From NCBI GenBank assembly GCA_965219455.1, contig OZ244744.1, positions 2,944,001 to 3,008,000 on the forward strand: a stretch of DNA of 64,000 nt, read 5' to 3'. This DNA comes from Candidatus Latescibacterota bacterium. GTDB taxonomy: Bacteria > Latescibacterota > UBA2968 > GCA-2709665. The first letter of the stretch is position 1. Each line of letters opens with the position of its first letter. A program made the position numbers and the translations under genes. Under the pieces are notes generated by a model, which saw nothing but the letters and a program-made list of their open reading frames with translations, was not told the DNA's origin and did no database searches. This document shows positions 26,650 through 36,980 of the stretch, one piece after another.

Positions 26650-29628
26650 TCAGGTTCCTTCCCCCGTCCCGGTAATCGTCGGTACGACGTATTCGTCGCC
26701 GGGATTGACGAGGTAGGTGTAGCCGCTGGCGAGATCGGTACCTTCCCTGAGACCCCTGACGATCGTAATGTCGCCCGTTGAGACGCCTCCGGTTGTGACG
26801 GCCGCGATCCGGTAGCTCGTGTCCATCGGCAAATCGTTCATGAAATGGATGGTTCGACCGGCGAGGTCGCGATTCCGTGGCAGGGGTGGATCGAGGTCGA
26901 TCAGATTGTTCGCCGGGTCGGAAGCGTCGATCCGCGCCACCTTCCCGCGCCAGGCGGCGCGTTCCGCCGTCAGTTCAACGGTGCCGAAGGCGAGTAACGT
27001 GCCGCCGACCATTCGCATCAGCTTTACTTCATCCCCGACCAGGCGGATCATTCCGAATGTGCCATTGAACGTGATCCCGCCTTCCACCGTGACTTCCATC
27101 GCCTCCTCGCAGCTGATCAGTATATCCGTCCTCCCTCCGGCCATCTCCACGGCCACGGCGGCAGCCTCGACCGCATCCCCATCGGGTCTCACCTCCAATT
27201 CGCGCACCCCAACGATGAACGGCCTGGTATCGTAGGGCTCAAGCACGTTGACAAACTGGCTTTGCAACGCCTCGCCCAGCCTGCTTTGGATGAGATACCT
27301 GGGCCGCTGCAGCCTTCGGGGCGAGTCCCCGGTGGCCAGCGCGACTTCGTCACAGGGCGTTAGCGCGTGCAGCCGAAGATGGGGTTCGCGGCCTTCCGGA
27401 ATTCGGCCGCGGATATCTTCGATCTTCCAGTCGACGGTGTAAGGCTGCTGAACCGGCCCGGCGGAGCGCGTCACGTCGTACAGGTAGGTGAAACCGCTCT
27501 CCTTGTAGAATTCAGCGTTCTCGCCCTCCAACGTCGCGAACGGAACATCCGGGCCCGCGAAGGTGCCGCCTTCCTGCCCGACAAGTTCAATGCCGGTAAC
27601 CTGCGCCGTTTCCGCCGCTCCGTGCCAGGAAAGACGGTGGTTCCTCCCGCCCCGCGCGCGGAACACATCCAGAACGTAGCTGTTGTTTTCGTCCACGTCC
27701 ACGAGCGCAACGGTGCGCCGGTAGGTTTGCAGGCCCACATAAGCGTCGTGCGCATCCACCTGTATGGCGCGCAACGGGGGTTCCACGGCGAAGAATTCGA
27801 TCTGCCCGCCCGGACTGTACTCCGACCCCGTATCGCCCACCACCAGCGTATTGTGGCTGATCGTGTTGGCCGTCCATGCATGTCGCTTCGGCCAGGATCC
27901 GGTATATTCGGGATAGCCCAGATCCGGAAAAATCGCGACGTTTTCCGCCAGCAATCCCAGGTTGAGACAATCGTGGTGCGAGTGCCCCTTGCCCTGTCCG
28001 TAGTGGATGAACACGGCCCGGCCATTCTCCGCTCTTTCGGTCTGGAGGTGCGCCTGTCCGTACCTGCCGAAGTGCTCGCTTTCCAGGCTGGCCGGACCCG
28101 TATGTCCGATCTTTCGTATTTCCCGGGTCAACGCGTCCGGATCCTTACGGTAAATGTCGCCTTCGAGGCGCAGGGATGACCCATGAGCCCCGTGCTCGTG
28201 CCACGCCAGGGCCGCGAAACGCGGGTCTCCGTACAGTCTGTACGCCAGGACATAGGTCTCGGCCGCGCCTTGCCGGCCCCACGCGCCCACGGCGCCGCTG
28301 TCTCCCGTGTTGGGCATCATCCCGTCCAGCACGTTTATCCGGGATTCAACGAGATAAGCCTGTTTGAGCTTCGGGTAATCCGCAACCAGGTTGTGTCTGG
28401 TATATTTGGGATAGTGCGACAGAATCTGTACGAGTTCCCGCATATGGCGGGTCCAGATGAGACCGTAACCGCCGCATTCTCCGCCCATGCCGTCCCGGTC
28501 GAGACCCTCGGTCAACACCCACGGTACGGGATCCTTCTGATTCGTGTGGTCTCCGGGAAACCCGGGATGGAACAGCCAGTCCAGCCACTCCGGCGTCAAT
28601 TCCGGGTCGTCCAATGCAATTGCAGCGGTGGCGAGGGAGGAGTGGTTCATGCCCGTGTTGCCGCTGATCCGGCCGTCCTTCACAGACTTGAGCGCTTCCA
28701 GCAACAGGTGATCGTGAATATGCCCGCAGATCGCGGCGGTGCTGTTCTTGTCCCCCAAGTTGTATTGTTTGGCATGTTCCGAGCAGAAGGACACCAGGTC
28801 GTCGTCGCCCTGGAGTCCGTCGAAGACGATATCGTAGCTCCGGGCAAGGCCCTGCGCGACGAACGTCTCCCAGATGCAACCTTCGATGCGGCCCCTTCCC
28901 GAACCGCCCTGGCTGTGCTGAAAACCGAGTTCGTGGAGTGGAAGGTAGTCCATCTCGGGATAGACGTCTGCGATCCGGTCCAGCAGCACGCCCGCCTTGT
29001 GGGCGTAGCGCCTGTCGTCCGTGAGGGCATAGGCATCCGCCAGCGCGGCAACGCCTCGCTGGATCCGGCGCCACACCGCCTCGAAATTGTAGTATGCGAT
29101 AATGTCGTGCCTGTTTCCCTGGTCGTCGAACATGCCATATCCGTCGTCTACATAGAGTTCGTGCATCGGATCGGCCGGATCGGGATGATCTGCATTGAAA
29201 AGCAGCGACCGGTCCCCCAACTCGCGCCGGAACATCCCCTGCGCGTCGAGGGCCGTCCCGTAGAACGCCCCGAAGTCGTTTTTCGGATAGACCTCCCTGC
29301 AGTGTTCGCACCAGATCTTCCACGGCCTGGCGTCGTCGAATTCCCACCATTCGCGCCCCGATTTCGCAGGCGCCTCCTCCCCGCAGCCGGGACAGTAGGG
29401 CTTCTGGCCCTTGTATGTCACGCCTTCGTTGGTGTAGATTGTCCGCGGTAACTCCTGTGCGGTTACCATATCCCACAACGCATCGTCCGTGCGGCCCACC
29501 CACTCCTCGGCAGCCGCAACCGCGCGTTCCTGCTGTTCCCGCGCCCAATCGTGCTTCGCTGCATTTGCCTGCGCGTTCGACCGCATCGCTGCACTGACGA
29601 ATCGGCTTCGCTTTTTCCCGTTTGACAT
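26650..29628 (-). CDS. Heparinase II/III family protein
   Basis: GHSHHDCLN, PDLGYP, WTANTISHNTLVV; N-terminal CxxC...CxxC. Confidence 0.82.
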   Translation of the reverse strand: MSNGKKRSRFVSAAMRSNAQANAAKHDWAREQQERAVAAAEEWVGRTDDALWDMVTAQELPRTIYTNEGVTYKGQKPYCPGCGEEAPAKSGREWWEFDDARPWKIWCEHCREVYPKNDFGAFYGTALDAQGMFRRELGDRSLLFNADHPDPADPMHELYVDDGYGMFDDQGNRHDIIAYYNFEAVWRRIQRGVAALADAYALTDDRRYAHKAGVLLDRIADVYPEMDYLPLHELGFQHSQGGSGRGRIEGCIWETFVAQGLARSYDIVFDGLQGDDDLVSFCSEHAKQYNLGDKNSTAAICGHIHDHLLLEALKSVKDGRISGNTGMNHSSLATAAIALDDPELTPEWLDWLFHPGFPGDHTNQKDPVPWVLTEGLDRDGMGGECGGYGLIWTRHMRELVQILSHYPKYTRHNLVADYPKLKQAYLVESRINVLDGMMPNTGDSGAVGAWGRQGAAETYVLAYRLYGDPRFAALAWHEHGAHGSSLRLEGDIYRKDPDALTREIRKIGHTGPASLESEHFGRYGQAHLQTERAENGRAVFIHYGQGKGHSHHDCLNLGLLAENVAIFPDLGYPEYTGSWPKRHAWTANTISHNTLVVGDTGSEYSPGGQIEFFAVEPPLRAIQVDAHDAYVGLQTYRRTVALVDVDENNSYVLDVFRARGGRNHRLSWHGAAETAQVTGIELVGQEGGTFAGPDVPFATLEGENAEFYKESGFTYLYDVTRSAGPVQQPYTVDWKIEDIRGRIPEGREPHLRLHALTPCDEVALATGDSPRRLQRPRYLIQSRLGEALQSQFVNVLEPYDTRPFIVGVRELEVRPDGDAVEAAAVAVEMAGGRTDILISCEEAMEVTVEGGITFNGTFGMIRLVGDEVKLMRMVGGTLLAFGTVELTAERAAWRGKVARIDASDPANNLIDLDPPLPRNRDLAGRTIHFMNDLPMDTSYRIAAVTTGGVSTGDITIVRGLREGTDLASGYTYLVNPGDEYVVPTITGTGEGT

Positions 29629-29871
29629 GCCGTTGACCCCTTTCAGTTCGCAAGAATAAGTCGAATTTCAGGCCGCGTCCACGCCTAACCTGTTTTTAGA
29701 GAGGCCCGGAGCGCCTTTACCCGCGCACTTTGACGGACCGCTCGACGTGTATCGGGTCGCGGTATACGGGTTGAAATATACCCTGTGGAGGTTATATTAG
29801 GCGGGATTTCTGCGTTGCCAGCCGCCAGGACATGCCTTTATTCACGACGCACACAATCGGAGGAGAGCACG

Positions 29872-30609
29872 ATGAGCGAATCCACAGACCCAGGGAACGT
29901 TGAAAGCGGTCAAGAAATGGGGATTGGCGGGCGCATGGTCGGTGCCTTGTTTTCGCCCGGGCGGACGTTTGCCGCCGTTAATGCGCATGTCGAACACAGG
30001 GACTGGTATCTCCCCATGATCTTTATTGCAGTCGTCGGCATGTTTTCCGCTTACCTGCTGATGCCTACCGCACAGACGGCCGGGATGGAGGCCGTGCAGG
30101 AGCAACTCGCGAAAGATGAATCCCTTACGGAAGAACAGCGGGCGATGGCCCTGGAAAGCGCACAAAGGGTGATGGGCTTAGGCGCCGTTATCCTTCCGTC
30201 CATCGGTACGGCCGTGGCGATTGTTGTCCAGGCGGCAATTTTTCTCGCACTTTCGAATTTCGTATTCGGTGGCGACGGTACCTATAAAAAGACAATGGCC
30301 GTCGTGAGCTACAGCTCACTGGTGGCCATTCCCGCCGCGGTTATTACGGTGCTGCTTACCATGGCCACGGGCTCGACGACGTTCCAGGTCGGCCTGGGTC
30401 TGCTTGTGCCGGGATCCATGGAAGGGAGTTACATAAACCACTTCCTGTCCATGATCACCGTCTTCGCTGTCTGGAAGTACTTATTGATTGCGGTCGGTCT
30501 GGGGGCCGTTGCGGGTATTCGGACAAAGCTTGCGGGGATCGGCATTTTCGGACTCTGGATTCTCTATGTTCTTGCCGCCGCCGCCGCGCGGACCGCTGCG
30601 ACCATGTGA
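29872..30609 (+). CDS. YIP1 family membrane protein
   Basis: GALFSPGRTF, about 5 TM helices; GGAGGAG RBS. Confidence 0.8.
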   Translation: MSESTDPGNVESGQEMGIGGRMVGALFSPGRTFAAVNAHVEHRDWYLPMIFIAVVGMFSAYLLMPTAQTAGMEAVQEQLAKDESLTEEQRAMALESAQRVMGLGAVILPSIGTAVAIVVQAAIFLALSNFVFGGDGTYKKTMAVVSYSSLVAIPAAVITVLLTMATGSTTFQVGLGLLVPGSMEGSYINHFLSMITVFAVWKYLLIAVGLGAVAGIRTKLAGIGIFGLWILYVLAAAAARTAATM

Positions 30610-30676
30610 CGGCAGGGTACCTATATCACATAGAGCACCGACAGTTTACGTTATTACACATCATTGAAACGGCGCC

Positions 30677-30727
30677 CTGAGCCGCTCCCTGAGCTTGTCG
30701 AAGGGTGTCGAAGGGTCGGCGAAGGGT
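30677..30727. repeat. Family E repeat
   Basis: cctgagccgctccctgagcttgtcgaagggt identical to the copy near 13485-13514. Confidence 0.75.
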
Positions 30728-30816
30728 CAAAAACCCACCGAAACGCGGCCAGATCGTTGAGGTCTCGGATATACCGGGCACATTCAACCATCTGGCCGCG
30801 ATGTTTTTCTAAGCAA

Positions 30817-33800
30817 CTACGTCAATTGGTTTTCGATTATTTTTTCTATGTAGTCATATTGCTTGTTTCTTTCCTGAAACAAAATATGTGCCTTTGAGAA
30901 AAAGCGCTCGCGGTCCCAGGTACCATCGTCGTAAATCTTGAAAAGGTCGTCATAGGCAGTTGCCGAAACAATGTACGAATCCAGCGTAACGTCTTTCCGC
31001 TGGCTTCTCTCGCCAATCTCTTGGGCCAATTTCGGCAGTCTTGTGTGAAGCGTAGCTTTGTCGTCGTGTCGGTACGCGCTTGCGTGGCGCATACCGTGCG
31101 GCTCGACAAAGACGATGTGTTGTTTCTTTCCTTCTTTGATCCATAGGATGAAGTCCGGATAGAAGCCGCTCGACTCGAAAAAGCCGACGCCGGTACCCCG
31201 GCTCTGATTTCGCAGTAGAAATACCTCCTGTCCAGACAGTGTGCCGTCGTTCTCCTCCATCCAGTAGTCCTTCAAATCCTTCACAAACCGTTTCTCGCTA
31301 TGATTCAATGCGGGAGGAGTCGTCTTGAGATTTTCATCCTCTGCCTCAAGGAGTAGCGGCTGATAGAGATGCCGGTCAAAGTGGAGGCGCGGCAACTCAT
31401 CTGTTTCCTTTTCGTAGAGGCGCTCGCAGTCGGAAATCAACTCTTCGATCTTCTCCATTAATTCGCGCTTGGAGCGCTTGATACTGACAACGTACTGGCC
31501 CTTGTCCTCCGACTCACGGCCAAAGCTCAGATTCGGATCGCGCTCGTCGAGGGTCTTGTACACCATCTGTTTCGACTCCCAGCGATCCCGGTGTACGCGG
31601 TAGAATGCATCAACGTATTTTTGCAGAATTGAAGTTACGGCTTTCTGAAGACGTTCCACGTCCGTAAATGACTGAGGTCGTACGACCGCCTCATCGGCAA
31701 TCAGGCTGTAGCGCTCGCCGTCCACCATAATCCGTTGCGGTGCGTCAGGCAATATGCACAAATTGCTTAGGCCCTTCTGTTCCTTATATTCGATCAGGTC
31801 GAGATAGGCCTGTTGCCAATCTACTAGGTCCAGGCTCTCATGGGGCAGCACCCGCTCGTCTCCAAAGTGTGCGTCGGAGGTCAATACTCCGTCTTCGCTG
31901 CTTTCCAGCGACTGAACCTTTAGCGACAAGTCGACCCTTACTTTCCTTAATTCGGAATCCGGCTCCAGGAGACGACTTTGAGTCTTGACGAATTCGCCAC
32001 CGTCTTGTATCCGTGGAACGACGAGCCCCGCTTCGAGCAGCTTCTTATCTGGGCGGACAAAAAGAGGTAGCTCATCGTACCCTTCTGTATCCACGCCCTC
32101 CCGCTCCAGGTACTTTCTGAACTCGGCCATGTAGTTGGCACGCACCGCAAAGATATTGAGCGTCTCCAGCAGGCCGATACGTTCCGGATGCGATCCATCC
32201 ACCGCCGCGCTCCGCTTGAGGCTTGCGTCCCTGCCTCGCAAGCGCACCCCGCGGCCAAAGAGTTGGATAATCTCCGAACCTTCGCTGCTACCGATGTTCA
32301 GGAGTCCCATGTTCGACACGCGCCAGGAGTTCCATCCCTCCATAAATTTCTTTGCGCCAATGAGAACCTGAATCCCAGTCTGCGGATCATTGATACTCTC
32401 GAATAGTGAGCCGGACAGAGCGTCTTCTTCCAGTGTAATTCCAGTCTCATCATTTTCTACCAGTTTCTTGAATGCGCTGACGTCCCCGATGTAGATAAGG
32501 CCGAAATAGTCATCGGCGCCGCTCGCTTTGAGGCCCAATTCGCCGTCGACGCCTCGGATTGCACAGAGGTGCAACCCGCCACCGGCCGGAGCATGGAATA
32601 CCTTTTTTAGTATGTCATCGTAAATTTCCCTGGCGAGGCGTTGAAACTCCCGGAGATATGTAAACTTGCCAGCGAATACGTCTCTTCCGTCCGGCGTTAC
32701 CAGGTCGCTGTCGCCCTTAACGAGTCGATTAATCGCACCGATAGTCCATTCGCGCCGGCTTAAGACGCGATGCAGGAACCGCGCCACGGTCAGCACGTCA
32801 CTGCGTTTCTTCCTGTTCTTGCTGTACACAGCATTTACCGTGCTGCCGACGAAGACCCATAGGGGCTTTTCCAGATTGTATAGACGTAATTCTTCGGCCG
32901 ACTGAGTGAAGACACATTGCTGCTCGTAGAAGGACAGCAAGTTGCCGAGCAGTAACGTATCCGTCTTTTCCTCGGTAGTCTCGTCGACGAGATTGAGTAC
33001 GCGGAAGTCCTTGCCGTAACCATCGCCGTGGAAATATCTATACGAATAATCGAATGCAATGGCCTTTCCGTATTCCATTGTAAGCGTGTCATTGGAAACC
33101 GCTCTCAATGCCTGGCCAAAAGTGGCGCTGTATTCAAACGTAAAGCCACTCTTGCCGAGGTCGTCGCGGTAACGTCGCCATACGTCGCCGCCAGAACCCT
33201 TATGCCCTTCATCGACGAAGATCAGGTTGTTGCCTTCGAATGCCTCAACGGGTACGCTAACGCCTCCGCCTTGCTTCTGCTCGACCAGCTTGGTGATTTC
33301 AATGACCCTCACATCGTCTTTTTTGCCGCCCTCGTTCATGTCGAACGGACCGCAGCGGATGTTCGAGGCCACCATTTCGCTCATGTGCTGTTCACTCAGT
33401 CCCTCGTTGGGCGTAATCAGCAAGACGTTGTCCAGGGTCTGGTTGTTGTAGTGCAGGAATTGACGATAGTTGAGGTGCATAATGAGGGTCTTGCCGCTTC
33501 CGGTCGCCATCCAGAAGGCCAGCTTCTTCAAGTCGGATTCGCAGAACTCTTCACCCCTATTGCGCTCGGCGGAAAACGCATTCAGGGAGCTAAGCATCCG
33601 GCCCCGTTGGTTGAAGTACCGATGCAGGAACAATTCCGCGTATATTGCCGCGAGGTATTGGAAGTATCGGAGATGGATCGGTTTAGATCGATCGGCATTC
33701 ATAGCCTTCAGGTGGTTTTGTACGTTGTCGTCGTATTGCACAAGAACTTCCTGTGCGATATTCACCGCGTCGCCGCGTCCTATCAGTCGATTATAGACAT

Positions 33801-33939
33801 GACTGTGACTCTCAGTGAACCCCTCCGCATCCTTCATGTCGGCCAGTAATTCGCGGTTGCTTCGGTAGCCGAACTGCATGTTTAGCCACGCCAACAACAC
33901 GAGGTGCTGGTCCAGACCGGTGTTTTCTACGGGTGGCAT
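30817..33939 (-). CDS. res: Type III restriction enzyme Res subunit (SF2 helicase + PD-(D/E)xK nuclease)
   Basis: MATGSGKT, VDEGH, YSAT, EGW, QLFGRGVR; FYPDF...FVEPHG. Confidence 0.92.
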   Translation of the reverse strand: MPPVENTGLDQHLVLLAWLNMQFGYRSNRELLADMKDAEGFTESHSHVYNRLIGRGDAVNIAQEVLVQYDDNVQNHLKAMNADRSKPIHLRYFQYLAAIYAELFLHRYFNQRGRMLSSLNAFSAERNRGEEFCESDLKKLAFWMATGSGKTLIMHLNYRQFLHYNNQTLDNVLLITPNEGLSEQHMSEMVASNIRCGPFDMNEGGKKDDVRVIEITKLVEQKQGGGVSVPVEAFEGNNLIFVDEGHKGSGGDVWRRYRDDLGKSGFTFEYSATFGQALRAVSNDTLTMEYGKAIAFDYSYRYFHGDGYGKDFRVLNLVDETTEEKTDTLLLGNLLSFYEQQCVFTQSAEELRLYNLEKPLWVFVGSTVNAVYSKNRKKRSDVLTVARFLHRVLSRREWTIGAINRLVKGDSDLVTPDGRDVFAGKFTYLREFQRLAREIYDDILKKVFHAPAGGGLHLCAIRGVDGELGLKASGADDYFGLIYIGDVSAFKKLVENDETGITLEEDALSGSLFESINDPQTGIQVLIGAKKFMEGWNSWRVSNMGLLNIGSSEGSEIIQLFGRGVRLRGRDASLKRSAAVDGSHPERIGLLETLNIFAVRANYMAEFRKYLEREGVDTEGYDELPLFVRPDKKLLEAGLVVPRIQDGGEFVKTQSRLLEPDSELRKVRVDLSLKVQSLESSEDGVLTSDAHFGDERVLPHESLDLVDWQQAYLDLIEYKEQKGLSNLCILPDAPQRIMVDGERYSLIADEAVVRPQSFTDVERLQKAVTSILQKYVDAFYRVHRDRWESKQMVYKTLDERDPNLSFGRESEDKGQYVVSIKRSKRELMEKIEELISDCERLYEKETDELPRLHFDRHLYQPLLLEAEDENLKTTPPALNHSEKRFVKDLKDYWMEENDGTLSGQEVFLLRNQSRGTGVGFFESSGFYPDFILWIKEGKKQHIVFVEPHGMRHASAYRHDDKATLHTRLPKLAQEIGERSQRKDVTLDSYIVSATAYDDLFKIYDDGTWDRERFFSKAHILFQERNKQYDYIEKIIENQLT

Positions 33940-33941
33940 TT

Positions 33942-34286
33942 CTATCGCTCGTCCTTGACGATTAATTCGAGTTTTTCTATCAGCGGCGGCAGGTCGTTGT
34001 CTATTTTGTCCCACAACCCTTCGAGGCTCAATTCTTCGCATTTCGGAACGAGCCGACTGCGCATCCCAACAGTTTGTTGCCAGGGAATTTCCGTGTACCG
34101 GTGTCGGGTTGAAAATGAGACACGGCTGGCCGCCTCACCGACAATCTCGACCAATTTCAGGAGCGCGAGTTCCAGGAGCCGATTGTCCGCTAACTCGTTA
34201 AGACTTGTACCGCGGAGCAATACAACAGCTTCCCTTGCGTGGTTCCGCATATCTACGAGGCTTGCTCGGTCATCATATCTGCCCAT
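33942..34286 (-). CDS. DUF86/HepT-like HEPN protein, catalytic His missing
   Basis: EIVGEAA...IPW...GMRSRLVPKC where RNRLxHxY is expected. Confidence 0.8.
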   Translation of the reverse strand: MGRYDDRASLVDMRNHAREAVVLLRGTSLNELADNRLLELALLKLVEIVGEAASRVSFSTRHRYTEIPWQQTVGMRSRLVPKCEELSLEGLWDKIDNDLPPLIEKLELIVKDER

Positions 34287-34438
34287 ACACGTGCTCCGCT
34301 GGGCCGGAATTCTCCTCAATATACCGCGCGCTGTGCCCGCTGGTTACTCCTTGAGGGTGCGAATACACTCATCACTCCCGTGGATGTGTCCAGCTTCATC
34401 TCCAATCTTAACAACCCTTGTCGCGCTCAATGCTACCG

Positions 34439-35608
34439 CTATGTTGCCCTGGTCGGTACCCTAAACGGCCGGAGATTCAGCATTGTTTCCTTATTGGCGA
34501 AGTAGCTATTCCCTTCCCTTGAAATCCAACCATTATCTGTGAGCCACTGGAGATCCTTCGTGATGATGAATGGATTCTTCTTGTACGACGGTCCTAAACT
34601 TTCAATTGTCATAATAAGCGCTAATTCGTCTACTGCTCGATCGCTGCTTGATATTTTCAGCAGCAGATCGCGGCGCCTTTTGCCAGCGACTGTATCCTGT
34701 CTCGGGAAATGTTGATAAACATGGTGCTGCCAGACAATGTCCAGATGCTGTCTCCAGATCATCTGCAATTGACCTTGAAGCCCGTCGAGGAATCCCTGCA
34801 CGGCATAATAGAGAAAGGGTACGATCTCTCCTCCGGATTGGCTGGTCCGCGCGAGTTGGCGCGCGTATTCGGCACGCGTCGCACTATAATGGCTACTCAA
34901 CAGGTGACAGGCCGGTACCGGTATACCTGAGCGCAACAAAATAGCGAGTTCCAGGAGTCTCGCTGTGCGACCGTTTCCGTCGCCGAACGGATGGATCCAG
35001 GCGACGTAGAGATGAGCTAATACTGCTTTAATGATTGCGAATGTAATCTCCTCGCCTTTTGGTACGTCAACTCCGTCTCTTAACCACTGACATAGCCTCT
35101 CCAGCAGGTATTCGCAATCCACTGCGGGTGCTCCTCGATACCTCCCGCCCACGCCCACGGAGTGGGTGCGAATCGTACCCGGTATGGAACCCTCTTGTTG
35201 ACTGAGCTTGTCGAGAACGGCCCCATTCATCTCCCTGATCCACTCAATATCCAGGGGTTCGACCGACCCTTCGCGCATTCCGTCGATAGTGGCGTTGATG
35301 GCCTTAATAATGTTGTCGACCTCCTGCGCCAGATACTCACGGGAGGGAGGCAGTTCCAGTTCGCCCTCTATATGCCGCAAAACGTCCTCTTCGGAGAGTG
35401 TATTACCTTCGATTGCGGTGGTGGCATGGACGCCCTTGGCCAAATAAATCTTATAGAGGTCCTCAGCCGAGTCATGAACCAATGGTACCCTGGAGATGTG
35501 CTCGATTTTGGAAGCGCATTCTCCGAGCTTCATCCATAGCAAATAGGGCACTTCCCGGAGATCGACTTGAAAGGTGATCCAGGGGTGGGTCTTCTCGTAT
35601 TTCCTCAT
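34439..35608 (-). CDS. Fic family protein (class II)
   Basis: HPFGDGNGRTAR; N-terminal TTAIEGN inhibitory motif. Confidence 0.92.
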   Translation of the reverse strand: MRKYEKTHPWITFQVDLREVPYLLWMKLGECASKIEHISRVPLVHDSAEDLYKIYLAKGVHATTAIEGNTLSEEDVLRHIEGELELPPSREYLAQEVDNIIKAINATIDGMREGSVEPLDIEWIREMNGAVLDKLSQQEGSIPGTIRTHSVGVGGRYRGAPAVDCEYLLERLCQWLRDGVDVPKGEEITFAIIKAVLAHLYVAWIHPFGDGNGRTARLLELAILLRSGIPVPACHLLSSHYSATRAEYARQLARTSQSGGEIVPFLYYAVQGFLDGLQGQLQMIWRQHLDIVWQHHVYQHFPRQDTVAGKRRRDLLLKISSSDRAVDELALIMTIESLGPSYKKNPFIITKDLQWLTDNGWISREGNSYFANKETMLNLRPFRVPTRAT

Positions 35609-35654
35609 GGTTGGCCAATGCCTAAATTTCGCGCGTTATAGTCCATTCTTTTCG

Positions 35655-36980
35655 TTATCCCTCATCCTTCTGGTCGTCAGGAATCTCTGAGAGCCTTGTC
35701 ATAAGTTGTCTAATCATTTCGTTAACCATTCTCTTTAGCACTTCCAGGTCTTGTCCCGCATATTCTTTTTCGTAATCCAGTTTATAGGACGTAAACTGCC
35801 AGATGGAGCCCATTGATTTCAATTCATTCTCAATTCGGAAATTATAATTCGCATCTTGCTTCGCCTGAAATTGATCGAAGTCGATTCCGATGTTAGTAGA
35901 GACAAAGATCGCTTTATCCGGCCAGGCTCTTGCCTTATCCTCTCCGAGATCAAGACTTGATACTGTACCGTCAACATTTCGCACAGAACAAACACCATAA
36001 TCTGCATCAACACTCTCGAACACGTCAGAAAATGGCTCGCACTTTGCATTGCAATAGCAAAAAAGCGGATACAGCACTCTCTCGGCATATTCTCTCGCTT
36101 GAATTAACTCACCTGTGCCGGATTGTATTGATCTTTTGAAAAGCGCGATTTCTTTGTCTATGTCCTCTACGTCTTCGATATCCTCTCCACGAGCGGCTCG
36201 CAGATGGAGACCGAGGGTGTATTCACAGCAGCCGGTAACGTAAGAGATAAAGTCGGCAAGGTCTTCTGACTTGTCGGCCTTCTCCAGCGAGTCGATATAT
36301 CGGTTTCTTTCCTGAATTGGAAAAATAGCCACCGTGTAGCCGTGCTTGATGAGAATCATATTCATCAATAGCCGCGCCATGCGACCGTTCCCGTCGTCAA
36401 ACGGATGGATACGGACAAAGCGATAATGAAACGTCGCTGCGATGAAGATCGGATGCTCGCTCGCATTCTCGGCGCGCCTATACCAGTCGATAAGATCAGT
36501 CATCTCCGGCTTTACCTGATCGGGTGGGGTGTAGTAATATGTCTCGCCGGTCGAGGTCTCGACGTTATTTGGTTGGGTTTTATATTGTCCAATGGTAATG
36601 AGTCGCTTCGTGGGTTGTCCATCCGGTGTAATTGCGTCAATTTCATAGGGTTCTTTCAACAATACCCTGTGGAGATTTCGGATAAAGACTTGGTTGAGAG
36701 ATTCGTTTCGTTTTATTGCATCCTCGATCGCCTTTACTGCTTCGTCGTGACCCTCAATGTCCAGATGATCGCGCATTGGTTTACCGTGCGCGGTGAGTCC
36801 GTGCAGAATAAGGCTTCTCGTTTCTCCAAGAGTCAGGCTGTTGCCTTCTATGGCGTTGGAGTGGTAGTTCGACTCGATTCTTAGCTTCTGTTCAATCCGT
36901 CCCACTACGTCCGATGGCAATGGCCGCAGTGCGTCCAATTCAGCTTTAAGCAGATCGATTTCATCAATGATATTTGACAT
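35655..36980 (-). CDS. Fic family protein (class II) with C-terminal extension
   Basis: HPFDDGNGRMAR; SNAIEGN; start may lie further upstream. Confidence 0.92.
   Translation of the reverse strand: MSNIIDEIDLLKAELDALRPLPSDVVGRIEQKLRIESNYHSNAIEGNSLTLGETRSLILHGLTAHGKPMRDHLDIEGHDEAVKAIEDAIKRNESLNQVFIRNLHRVLLKEPYEIDAITPDGQPTKRLITIGQYKTQPNNVETSTGETYYYTPPDQVKPEMTDLIDWYRRAENASEHPIFIAATFHYRFVRIHPFDDGNGRMARLLMNMILIKHGYTVAIFPIQERNRYIDSLEKADKSEDLADFISYVTGCCEYTLGLHLRAARGEDIEDVEDIDKEIALFKRSIQSGTGELIQAREYAERVLYPLFCYCNAKCEPFSDVFESVDADYGVCSVRNVDGTVSSLDLGEDKARAWPDKAIFVSTNIGIDFDQFQAKQDANYNFRIENELKSMGSIWQFTSYKLDYEKEYAGQDLEVLKRMVNEMIRQLMTRLSEIPDDQKDEG

Noticed and set aside
24547-26866. Diversity-generating retroelement TR/VR pair (duplicated gene 3' end)
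   Set aside because: Mismatches are not adenine-specific on the coding strand (only about 5-6 of ~25 for either copy as template), and there is no reverse transcriptase in the window
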